Shown one piece after another: positions 28,226-36,714 of a stretch of DNA of 64,000 nt. A program made the translations under genes and the position numbers. Source of the stretch: Candidatus Saccharimonadales bacterium. GTDB lineage: Bacteria > Patescibacteriota > Saccharimonadia > Saccharimonadales > EFPC-124. Every line of letters begins with the position of its first letter. Within the stretch, counting starts at the first letter, position 1. Below the pieces are notes generated by a model, which was not told the DNA's origin, did not search any database, and saw only the letters and a list, made by a program, of their open reading frames with translations. The stretch lies in NCBI GenBank assembly GCA_035457485.1, contig DATIBO010000006.1, forward strand, positions 754,659 to 818,658, read 5' to 3'.

Positions 28226-30637
28226 ATGAGCAAAAATCTAGTTATCGTAGAGTCACCAGCCAAAGCAAAAACCATCGCCAAATATTTAGGTAGCGATTTT
28301 GAAGTAAAAAGTAGCTTTGGACACATCCGTGATCTGCCAAAAAAGGGGATGAGCGTAGATATTGCTCATAAATTTGAACCCACCTACGAAGTCAGCCCTG
28401 ACAAAAAAAAGACAGTCGCCGAACTTAAGCGCGCAGCAAAATCAGCCGAAACGGTTTGGCTCGCATCGGATGAAGACCGCGAAGGAGAGGCGATTGCTTG
28501 GCATCTAAGCGAAGTTTTAAAGCTAAAGCCAGCTCAAACAAAACGCATTGTATTCCACGAAATCACAAAACCAGCAATCGAGAATGCGGTTAAAAATCCG
28601 CGCGAGCTCGATAAAGATTTAGTTGACGCACAACAAGCACGCAGAATTTTAGACCGAATTGTAGGATACGAGCTTAGTCCAGTTTTGTGGCGAAAAGTCC
28701 GACCAGGCCTGAGTGCAGGTCGCGTGCAATCTGTTGCGGTTCGCTTAATATCGGAGCGCGAAAACGAAATAATCAACTTTAAAGCCGAAAGCGCATTCAA
28801 AGCGAGTGCGGTTTTTGATCTAAAAGACGGCACTGAACTAAAAGCCGAAAGCGCAGCAAAATACAAAACCGAAGACTCTGCTAAAAAGTTTTTGACTGAC
28901 TTGGCCGAGAGCGACTGCACTATCGCAGATATCGAAAAGTCCCCAGGCACACGCAGCCCCAGTGCACCTTTTACGACCAGCACACTACAACAGGAAGCAT
29001 CGCGCAAACTCGGTTTTAGCCCAAAGCAAACCATGATGCTAGCGCAGCGCCTTTACGAAGAAGGTCACATTACTTACATGCGTACCGACTCTTTTAACTT
29101 GAGCAGCTTGGCGATTGGCGCCATGAGTGAACTTATCAAAAAAGAGTTTGGACCAGATTATTTGCAAGTTCGCAAGTACTCAACAAAATCCGCCGGTGCA
29201 CAAGAAGCCCACGAGGCAATTCGCCCTACGCACTTTGAGCGTACAGAGGTTGGTAAAGACTCTCAGCAAAAAAAGCTTTATCAGTTAATTTGGCGCCGTG
29301 CGGTTGCTAGTCAAATGGCCGCTGCAAAAGTCGAGAAAACCACAATTAAAATTGCGGCCAGCAAAACAAAGGATCAACTAGAAGCAAAAGGTGAAGTCGT
29401 AATCTTTGCTGGATTCTTAAAAGTTTATGGGAGCAAAAAAGAAGACGGCATATTGCCAGATGTAGCCAAGGGAGACCCTTTAATACTAGTGGGCGCTGCA
29501 GCCGAGCAAACCTATTCACGCGCTCCTTCGCGATATACGGAGGCCAGCCTAGTGCGTAAACTTGAAGAACTAGGAATTGGTCGCCCAAGTACGTACGCGC
29601 CAACAATCAGCACAATTCAAACCCGCGGCTACGTAGAGAAAGCAGACGTAATGGGTGGTGAGCGAGAGGTTGTTAGATTAGCCCTTGCAAAGGTCAAGGC
29701 TTCGCCCAAAGCTCTCGGAAGCTTGTTTTTGAGCACGAACGATCAAGCGCCTGAGAATACCGGACCCGAGGAGCAAGTAAAAACCGAGCTCACCTCCGAA
29801 AAGGTCGGCCATTTTACACTGGCTCGTCGCCAAGCCTCAGAGCCAATTCCAACCGACAAGGGTAAATTAGTGCCAACCGACATCGGCAACGTAGTAACTG
29901 ACTTTTTGGTAAAAAATTTCCCGCATACGATCGACTACGACTTTACAAAAGATGTAGAACAAAAGTTCGACGACGTAGCCGAGGGCAAACTAGCCTGGCA
30001 GGCAATGTTGCAAAAATTCTACGACCCGTTTCATTCTACCGTAGAAAAATCCGGCGACATTAGCAGAGCAGAGGCAATGCAATCGCGCCCTCTTGGTAAA
30101 GACCCCAAAACCGGTAAGCCAGTAAGCGCACGATTTGGGCGCTTTGGGCCTATGGTACAAATTGGCGCAGCCGAAGATGAAGAAAAACCTAAGTTTGCAG
30201 GGATCCCAGCTGGTAAAACTATCGACAGTATAACTTTAGAGCAAGCTTTAGAGCTGTTTAAATTACCGCGAATTGTTGGGCAAACTGATGACGGCAAAGA
30301 TATCGAAGCTAACAATGGGCGATTTGGACCATACATAAAAGTTGGTAGCAGCTATGTTTCGATTAAAGGCAATGACCCTCTCGAGATTGACCTAAAAACC
30401 GCAAAAGAATTATTAAAAGCCGATGCTGACAAGAAGGCGAAAATGACCATCCATGTTTTTGATGAGCAGGGGATTAAAGTTTTGAACGGGCGATTTGGAC
30501 CATACGTAACAGATGGGAAAAAGAACATTAAGGTTCCGAAAGACCAAGATCCAAAAAAACTGACCTTAAAAGATTGTCAGGAGATTCTGAGCAAAGCACC
30601 CGCAAAAGCCGCACGAAAACGACGTGTTCGTTCATAA
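28226..30637 (+). CDS. topA: DNA topoisomerase I
   Basis: Toprim start LVIVESPAKAKTIAKYLG, DEDREGEAIAWH, active-site region ITYMRTDS, basic C-terminal repeats NGRFGPY. Confidence 0.95.
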   Translation: MSKNLVIVESPAKAKTIAKYLGSDFEVKSSFGHIRDLPKKGMSVDIAHKFEPTYEVSPDKKKTVAELKRAAKSAETVWLASDEDREGEAIAWHLSEVLKLKPAQTKRIVFHEITKPAIENAVKNPRELDKDLVDAQQARRILDRIVGYELSPVLWRKVRPGLSAGRVQSVAVRLISERENEIINFKAESAFKASAVFDLKDGTELKAESAAKYKTEDSAKKFLTDLAESDCTIADIEKSPGTRSPSAPFTTSTLQQEASRKLGFSPKQTMMLAQRLYEEGHITYMRTDSFNLSSLAIGAMSELIKKEFGPDYLQVRKYSTKSAGAQEAHEAIRPTHFERTEVGKDSQQKKLYQLIWRRAVASQMAAAKVEKTTIKIAASKTKDQLEAKGEVVIFAGFLKVYGSKKEDGILPDVAKGDPLILVGAAAEQTYSRAPSRYTEASLVRKLEELGIGRPSTYAPTISTIQTRGYVEKADVMGGEREVVRLALAKVKASPKALGSLFLSTNDQAPENTGPEEQVKTELTSEKVGHFTLARRQASEPIPTDKGKLVPTDIGNVVTDFLVKNFPHTIDYDFTKDVEQKFDDVAEGKLAWQAMLQKFYDPFHSTVEKSGDISRAEAMQSRPLGKDPKTGKPVSARFGRFGPMVQIGAAEDEEKPKFAGIPAGKTIDSITLEQALELFKLPRIVGQTDDGKDIEANNGRFGPYIKVGSSYVSIKGNDPLEIDLKTAKELLKADADKKAKMTIHVFDEQGIKVLNGRFGPYVTDGKKNIKVPKDQDPKKLTLKDCQEILSKAPAKAARKRRVRS

Positions 30638-30679
30638 AAATGCTTGCATAATATTAAAAAACATGTAATAATGAGTTTA

Positions 30680-31126
30680 TCCAAGTTTGGTAGGTGGCCC
30701 ATCGGGGTCTGACCAGACAGGTGTCGTGACACGGAGAGCTCACGACTTTGTAGGCGCATGGAGCTGCAGCATTGCTTTTACTTGTAAATCGGCCGATGAG
30801 CAACAGTCTCGCGCCCGGCGCCTCACAATCCTGCTGGAACGGGGAAAGACCAGGAAATAACCCCCCTAGTCAAAGCACCCCACAGGGTGTAGCCCCGCTC
30901 CAGCAATCCAACTTCGCGACGCGCTCCTCCTCCGTGTCGCACGGCACATCTCACGGCTCCGCCCCCGTAGCCGGTTGTGCCGTTCCCCGGTCGCATATGC
31001 GCGCTTAGGCCGCAGCGACCAAGGGCGACCTCGCCGCCCGCCTACCATCGTGGTGGCGGGGTCGCCCCCAAATACACCCCTGGCCTCTCGGCGCACATGT
31101 TGCGTGGGAGGTCAGGGGCCTCTTTT
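30680..31126 (+). ncRNA. GC-rich structured RNA candidate (~440 nt), class unresolved (divergent RNase P RNA not excluded)
   Basis: About 60-70% G+C inside AT-rich flanks, with only nonsense ORFs. Promoter-like TTGCAT-16-TAATAA at 30644-30671, many 6-13 bp local helices, terminal hairpin plus U tract. Confidence 0.5.
31077..31126 (+). terminator. intrinsic terminator closing the GC-rich RNA candidate
   Basis: CCCCTGGCCTCTC (31077-31089) pairs with GGGAGGTCAGGGG (31105-31117), two G-U pairs, then CCTCTTTTTT. Confidence 0.65.
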
Positions 31127-31304
31127 TTATAAAGACCTTAACAATATTAGTTATCCACAAGACATAAGCAGTATCACAGTATAATATGTCTTTATAGTCT
31201 AATTAATGCTATAATTTACATATACATTGAATAATGTTGACTAAAATCAAATTTTATGTCAAAATATTTATAAATAACTCCAAAAACTAGGGAAGCTAAA
31301 AATT

Positions 31305-32342
31305 ATGCACGACTCATCTACCGAAACCGCCACCGTCGATTTAGCAGCGTCTATCAAAGGCATCCTAAATACGATCGAGCGTGACCGTGAACGCGAAATT
31401 ATCTCGCGTCGTTTTGGTTTATTCGATCGCAAAGAAACCCTAGAACAAGTCGGCGAACTACTTGGCATTACTCGCGAACGCGTTCGCCAACTAGAGAAGG
31501 CTATTATGATCCGCCTAAAAATGGCTGCCGAGAGTAACCTTCCTCAGATTCCTGAGCTTGAAAAGCAATTTATTCGCCACTTACATGACTTGGGTCGAGT
31601 TGCAAAGGTAAATGACCTTAGCGCCCTAGTAACCAAAAATGACACTGAACTTGACCGCGCACATGTTGCATTCATTGCAGCTCTTTCGCCACGCCTAACT
31701 TTAGTAGAAGAGAATGATCGCTATCATCAGGGCGTAGGTTTAAGTGAGTTCCACGACAGTGATAAAATTAAAAAGAACGTTGACGAAATCATCAAAACCA
31801 TTAAAGAATCTGGTTCTCCGGTGACGGTCGATTCTCTACACGAAAAGCTTTCGCATGATCATCCAAGCCACGTTAAAGCGCTTGCTAGTTTAAGTAAACA
31901 GCTTGCGAACCTAAAGGGCAAGTGGGGTCTTACTCAATGGCCAAGTGTAAACCCAAAGAACATTCGCGATAAGATTTTTGTGATTCTACAAGAAAACGAC
32001 AAGCCTATGCACTTTAACGAGATCGCAAAGGCTATTAAAGGTTCTGATTTCCGCCGTAAAGATGTTACCACTCAGGCGATTCACAACGAACTAATCAAAG
32101 ATAGTCGCTTTGTTTTGATCGGTCGCGGAATTTACGCCCTAAAAGACTGGGGTTATTCTAAAGGAACAGTCGCCGATATTATTGTCGACGTTCTTAAAAA
32201 AGAAGGCAACCCGCTTCACCGCGACGAAATCGTTAAGCGCGTTTTGAAACACCGACAAGTTAAAGAAACTACAATTCTTTTGAACTTGCAGGGTAAAAAG
32301 CAATTCAAGCGCACCGCTAAAGCGACCTACGGCTTGGCCTAA
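31305..32342 (+). CDS. sigma-70 region 4-like HTH protein with two C-terminal HARE-HTH-like modules
   Basis: RFGLFDRKETLEQVGELLGITRERVRQLEKAIMIRLK (region 4). KPMHFNEIAKAI...IHNELIKDSRFVLIGRGIYALKDWGY and NPLHRDEIVKRVL (HARE-HTH pattern). Confidence 0.65.
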   Translation: MHDSSTETATVDLAASIKGILNTIERDREREIISRRFGLFDRKETLEQVGELLGITRERVRQLEKAIMIRLKMAAESNLPQIPELEKQFIRHLHDLGRVAKVNDLSALVTKNDTELDRAHVAFIAALSPRLTLVEENDRYHQGVGLSEFHDSDKIKKNVDEIIKTIKESGSPVTVDSLHEKLSHDHPSHVKALASLSKQLANLKGKWGLTQWPSVNPKNIRDKIFVILQENDKPMHFNEIAKAIKGSDFRRKDVTTQAIHNELIKDSRFVLIGRGIYALKDWGYSKGTVADIIVDVLKKEGNPLHRDEIVKRVLKHRQVKETTILLNLQGKKQFKRTAKATYGLA

Positions 32343-32399
32343 AAATTGTAAGCCCAAATATTTGCACCTGCGGCCAACATAAGAGACAATAGAGATTAA

Positions 32400-35060
32400 A
32401 TGGGCCCATTCTTACTAGAAATTCTGAGCAAATGGTATATTTGGCTTCCGATAGCCGCAGTTTTTGCATACCTTGCGTTCCGCAATAATTTGCGCGCTAA
32501 AACAGTTGCCGATACTGAACATACTCTATTGATTCTTGAAATTCCACGAACAAACGACAAAAAAGAATTAGCCGCCGAACAGATGTTCGCCAGTTTACAT
32601 GGCATTTTGCGTGATAAAAAGGAACTACTGAGTCAAGGTGGGCTCCAAGAACATATTAGTTTTGAAATTGCATCAATCGATAAGCAGATCAGGTTTTACG
32701 TCTGGGTGCCAACTCACTTGCAAAACTTTCTAGAAGGCCAAATCTACGCACAGTATCCAACTGTACAGATCCACAAAGCAGACAGCGATTATACTGAGCG
32801 CGAGATTTTACAGCCGGTAATTTACTCGGCCGAGTTAGCCTTAACAGATAACGAGGCGTTACCAATCAAGACTTTTCAAAGCTTCGAAGTTGACCCGCTT
32901 GCTGCCGTAACAGCAACCTTAGCCAAACTCGAAGAACAGAATGAAGAAATATGGATCCAGGTTTTAGCTCGGCCAGTGTCAGATGGATGGCATTTTAAGT
33001 CAACCCGTTTTGCCAATAAACTAAAAGGGAAGGCTAACAGCGGAGTTGGTCACTTACTACTAGGACTACTCCAGGCCTTCTTTAAGCCGCCCGAGGCCAA
33101 AGATTCAAGTGCACCCGAGATTAGCGAACGCGACAAAAGCCGAATCAGTGAAATCGAAAAGAAAAGCGTAAAACTTGGCTACCAAGTTAAAATGCGAATT
33201 TTATATCTGGGAAATACCGAAAAAACAGCAAAACTACGCATGCAGGCAATTGTTGGAACATTCAAGCAATTTAATAGCACCAACCTTAATGGATTTCAGA
33301 TTAAAGGTGCAGCGTATGGCCAAGAGGGCATAGATAAATTCCGAGCGCGCTTTTTCATAGACAAAGGCTACATCTTAAACATTGAAGAGCTCGCTAGCGT
33401 TTACCACCTACCGCACACAACAGTAGAGACGCCGAACATCGTTTGGGCTAGCTCAAAAACGGCCGAGCCACCGGCAAAACTACCAATTATACTTGGCACG
33501 GACAGAGATAACGAGATAAGCGCATTCGGCTTAACAAACTTCAGAGGAATTAACCAGCAATTTGGATTATTCCGAGGCGATCGAGGCAGGCACGCTTATA
33601 TAATTGGTCAAACTGGAACCGGTAAATCGGGAATGCTCGAGCTTTTGGCGCTAAGTGATATTTTCCATAATCAAGGATATGCAATTATTGACCCGCACGG
33701 TGATTTTGCAATGGCAAATCTTAAGTTCATTCCACCGTCACGCATAAAAGATGTGGTTTACTTTAACCCGGCCGACATGCAGTTCCCGATTGGTTTCAAC
33801 CCAATGGAGGTAAGCGATCCAAACATGAAGAGCCATATCAGCTCCGAAGTTATTGGCGTCCTTAAACGCATGTTCGGCGACAGTTGGGGGCCGCGCTTGG
33901 AATATATTTTGCGTTACACGATTTTAGCTTTGCTTGATTACCCAAATACAACACTCCTCGATATCACCCGAATGCTAACCGATAAAAAATTCCGCAAGGC
34001 TGTAGTAGAAAATTGCCAAGATACTGTGGTTCGTCAGTTCTGGAATGTTGAGTTTGCTAGCTGGAACGACAAATTCTTAGCCGAAGCTATAAGCCCAGTA
34101 TTAAACAAAGTTGGAGCTTTCACTGCCAACCCAATTATTCGTAATATCATTGGTCAGCCAAAAAGTACATTTAACATTCGCAAAATTATGGACGAGGGCA
34201 AGATTTTGGTGGTTAACCTTTCTAAAGGTCTGATCGGTGAAGACAACGCCGGAATCTTAGGGTCTTTCCTTGTGACTAAGATTCAGTTGGCTGCGATGAG
34301 CCGCAGCGATATTCCTCTCATCGAAGATCGCAGACCGTTCTATTTATACGTAGATGAGTTCCAGAACTTTGCGACCGATTCGTTTGCCACTATTTTAAGC
34401 GAGGCACGCAAGTACGGCCTTAACTTGACCGTAGCCAACCAGTACATCAGCCAAATGGGCGAAACCGTTCGCGACGCAGTATTTGGTAACGTGGGAACAA
34501 CCATTTCTTTCCGCGTAAGTCCAGATGACTCTCAGATTCTGGGAAAACAGTTTGCGCCGCAATTTTTACCTGAAGACATCATGCAAATGGCAAACCGGCA
34601 CTTTGTAATTACTATGGTAATAAACGGCGAAAAAACACCCTCGTTCTCGGCTCGCACTTTAACATTGCCGCCAGCACAAACCAACTTTACCGAGCAGATT
34701 GTTCAAAATACCAGGCAAAATTACGCACGACCCGTTAACGACGTTGTAGCGGAGATCCAACAGAATGTTAATCCGACCCATAATCAGCAGGCGGTTACCG
34801 CGAGTAACAAGCCGAAGGAGCCTAAGCCAGATGAGGTTAAGCCACTACCGATAGTTAACGAAACAAAAATAGAACAAGCTAAACCTGCAGAGCAACCCGC
34901 ACCACAGAGCGAACCTGCGCTTACTGCCGCCGCCAGTGAGCCCGAAAGCGCCAGCAAAAAGCGGCGCCGACGCAGAAAGCGTAGTAAGAGCAAACAGGGG
35001 AGTGAAGTTACAACCGGCCCCGAGCCCCACAATGACAGTTCGTCTTTGAGTCTGCGCTAA
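32400..35060 (+). CDS. TraD/VirD4-like (type IV coupling protein-like) P-loop ATPase, membrane-anchored, basic low-complexity tail
   Basis: TM helix WYIWLPIAAVFAYLAF, Walker A GQTGTGKSG, Walker B-like FYLYVDEFQNFAT, LTVANQYISQ, C-terminal KKRRRRRKRSKSK. Confidence 0.65.
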   Translation: MGPFLLEILSKWYIWLPIAAVFAYLAFRNNLRAKTVADTEHTLLILEIPRTNDKKELAAEQMFASLHGILRDKKELLSQGGLQEHISFEIASIDKQIRFYVWVPTHLQNFLEGQIYAQYPTVQIHKADSDYTEREILQPVIYSAELALTDNEALPIKTFQSFEVDPLAAVTATLAKLEEQNEEIWIQVLARPVSDGWHFKSTRFANKLKGKANSGVGHLLLGLLQAFFKPPEAKDSSAPEISERDKSRISEIEKKSVKLGYQVKMRILYLGNTEKTAKLRMQAIVGTFKQFNSTNLNGFQIKGAAYGQEGIDKFRARFFIDKGYILNIEELASVYHLPHTTVETPNIVWASSKTAEPPAKLPIILGTDRDNEISAFGLTNFRGINQQFGLFRGDRGRHAYIIGQTGTGKSGMLELLALSDIFHNQGYAIIDPHGDFAMANLKFIPPSRIKDVVYFNPADMQFPIGFNPMEVSDPNMKSHISSEVIGVLKRMFGDSWGPRLEYILRYTILALLDYPNTTLLDITRMLTDKKFRKAVVENCQDTVVRQFWNVEFASWNDKFLAEAISPVLNKVGAFTANPIIRNIIGQPKSTFNIRKIMDEGKILVVNLSKGLIGEDNAGILGSFLVTKIQLAAMSRSDIPLIEDRRPFYLYVDEFQNFATDSFATILSEARKYGLNLTVANQYISQMGETVRDAVFGNVGTTISFRVSPDDSQILGKQFAPQFLPEDIMQMANRHFVITMVINGEKTPSFSARTLTLPPAQTNFTEQIVQNTRQNYARPVNDVVAEIQQNVNPTHNQQAVTASNKPKEPKPDEVKPLPIVNETKIEQAKPAEQPAPQSEPALTAAASEPESASKKRRRRRKRSKSKQGSEVTTGPEPHNDSSSLSLR

Positions 35061-35225
35061 AAAGGTAACTTGATTAGAGTGAACTCGCCCTAGTCATCAT
35101 CAAAGCAGGCGAGGAGTAAAAAGCGTTTGTCGGACGGACCGAACGCGAATCCCCTTTTAAATCGTGCGAAGCTTGCGGATACTTGACATCTAATCGTATT
35201 TGAACCTACTAAAATTATCTACCAC

Positions 35226-35242
35226 TAGAACAAAAATCGAAC
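35226..35242. repeat. 17-bp direct repeat copy 1 (TAGAACAAAAATCGAAC)
   Basis: Identical to 35762-35778. Confidence 0.85.
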
Positions 35243-35761
35243 ATGGCTATTGGAAATTATGCATGGCCGTAACGAAGTTATTATTTATATGCTAATTGAA
35301 ATAAATCTACTGCAAAATGAAGAGGTAGGCAAATTAAAAAACTAAAGAAAAAAACAGTGAAAAAGACGGGATTATAGGTAATGCAGGAAGCATAATCGGG
35401 ATAGATGTTATGTCGCACAATATATCTTTTACGACACTACATGTATAAATCAAAAACATGTACTTATTCATCTTTTAAGAGGTAGGGTATCTAATATATC
35501 TATAAAACTCATGTAAACTCTACTAAACAACCTTTGCTTATGCGTCATGCGATCAGGTTTACCGATTAATAAATGGATCTAGGTATAAGGTATGCGTTAT
35601 TTTGACTTTTCCACAGGCTATGTTAAAAATATGCATTTTGTTGTCATTTTTAGACATTTTTTCACACAACCTCCCCACCCTGATTCCCTGCCTCAAAACT
35701 TTCTATTTTAAATATAAGTATCAAAAATATTTTCTAGCGATGTTGATCATGAAAAAATTAA

Positions 35762-35778
35762 TAGAACAAAAATCGAAC
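35762..35778. repeat. 17-bp direct repeat copy 2 (TAGAACAAAAATCGAAC)
   Basis: Identical to 35226-35242, 536 bp away. Brackets AT-rich ORF-free DNA. Confidence 0.85.
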
Positions 35779-35801
35779 TAAAGAGAGTGAGAGAGTAGTG
35801 T

Positions 35802-36710
35802 CTATTTGTAATATGCCTTATGCGCAACGCGAACATCGAGATACTGAGGCTTGATTCCCTTTGCGTCGAAATACTTAATAGCATTATATATATCTTCAGC
35901 CTGCTCCACCGGATCGCGGTCGATGTGCGTTTTTATAGCATATTCCCTGCCCTCAAGCTTTAGATGAATCTCACGCGTAGATGGCGGGATTACAACCTCT
36001 GTAACCTTGCCCAATTCATAGCTCTCGACAGCTCCAATAAGTTGCCCTAAAAACCTGATAAAACGCGATGAGGCAACCGCTCCGCCGCCCTCATCAGGTC
36101 TTATGCCGGATTGATCCGTAACAACCAAACCAGGTTCCTCGAAATGATTGTAAATAAAAGCCTCACCATCTTTGTCTACGTAAAAGTTCTGATTGCCAGC
36201 CTTCCAAACAATCAAGGGCTTTCTGAACTCAAGATCAAACTCTAAGTTCCCTCCATACCAATTACGATTAACATACACATCATCAACTTCGCTGTGAGCG
36301 CTTTTGACGTATTCGTTAACTTCATCTTGGGAAATCGTAAAACCGAAATGCTGTAGCGGTGTTTTGGCCATGAAATCGTTTATTGTTTTTTTATAAACGT
36401 CAACATTCGGCATGTTACTGGCTGGCGCGAAAACAATCTGCGGATTCTTGATATACATTGCGAACATATACATTAAAATCGCAAAAACTCCCGCCCATGA
36501 TGCTGCTGATTTAGCGAACGTTTTAAGTCTTGCTTTGCGTTCATGGCTCTTAAGGCGATCAGTTTTTAACTGACCGGTTTTTTCGGCAGTAGGAGCAACC
36601 TTTTCGGAAGTACTACCAGTTAAAGTTCTACTGCGTCTGAATACATAGCCATTTTGCCCATCCATAAGATTGGGCTGCCTAGGTTGTTGTTTTTTAAACC
36701 ACCACTTCAT
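35802..36710 (-). CDS. cell division protein FtsQ/DivIB-like
   Basis: Position directly after murG in the dcw cluster. Basic N-terminus, one TM helix (WAGVFAILMYMFAMYI), POTRA-sized extracytoplasmic domain. Confidence 0.6.
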   Translation of the reverse strand: MKWWFKKQQPRQPNLMDGQNGYVFRRSRTLTGSTSEKVAPTAEKTGQLKTDRLKSHERKARLKTFAKSAASWAGVFAILMYMFAMYIKNPQIVFAPASNMPNVDVYKKTINDFMAKTPLQHFGFTISQDEVNEYVKSAHSEVDDVYVNRNWYGGNLEFDLEFRKPLIVWKAGNQNFYVDKDGEAFIYNHFEEPGLVVTDQSGIRPDEGGGAVASSRFIRFLGQLIGAVESYELGKVTEVVIPPSTREIHLKLEGREYAIKTHIDRDPVEQAEDIYNAIKYFDAKGIKPQYLDVRVAHKAYYK

Positions 36711-36714
36711 TTAG

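Noticed and set aside
30680-31126. Annotating the GC-rich RNA outright as rnpB (RNase P RNA) or ssrA (tmRNA)
   Set aside because: It has no GAGGAAAGUCC, and the nearest match GGGGAAAGACCAGG is enclosed by a local 13-bp helix. I could draw no P2 or P4 3' strands in the expected order. It also lacks a T-arm (GGUUCGAnUCC), a terminal CCA and a tag peptide frame ending in an Ala-rich C-terminus. The 12-nt identity to my recollection of the E. coli M1 5' end is not enough.
31151-31159. Perfect DnaA box TTATCCACA suggesting oriC
   Set aside because: It is a single box. The nearest look-alikes (TTATCCAAG at ~30677, TTTTCCACA at ~35604) are distant and imperfect. There is no dnaA/dnaN and no AT-rich unwinding repeats in an ordered array. 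It is more likely a chance occurrence or a lone regulatory box.
30772-31184. ORFs 30772..31008 (+), 30866..31096 (-) and 30975..31184 (+) as protein-coding genes
   Set aside because: They are mutually overlapping on both strands. Translations are R/G/P/S-rich with no motif, start with TTG or internal codons without an SD, and lie in a ~60-70% GC patch where long open frames arise by chance. I treated the region as non-coding RNA or foreign DNA instead.
35061-35801. Replication terminus / dif site at the plus-to-minus strand switch
   Set aside because: I found no 11-6-11 XerC/XerD-type imperfect palindrome. The best partial matches (CTATGTTAAAA at ~35615, TATCTAATATATCTATAAAACT at ~35489) lack a matching second arm. 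Gene orientation switches many times in this window, so the strand-bias argument is weak.
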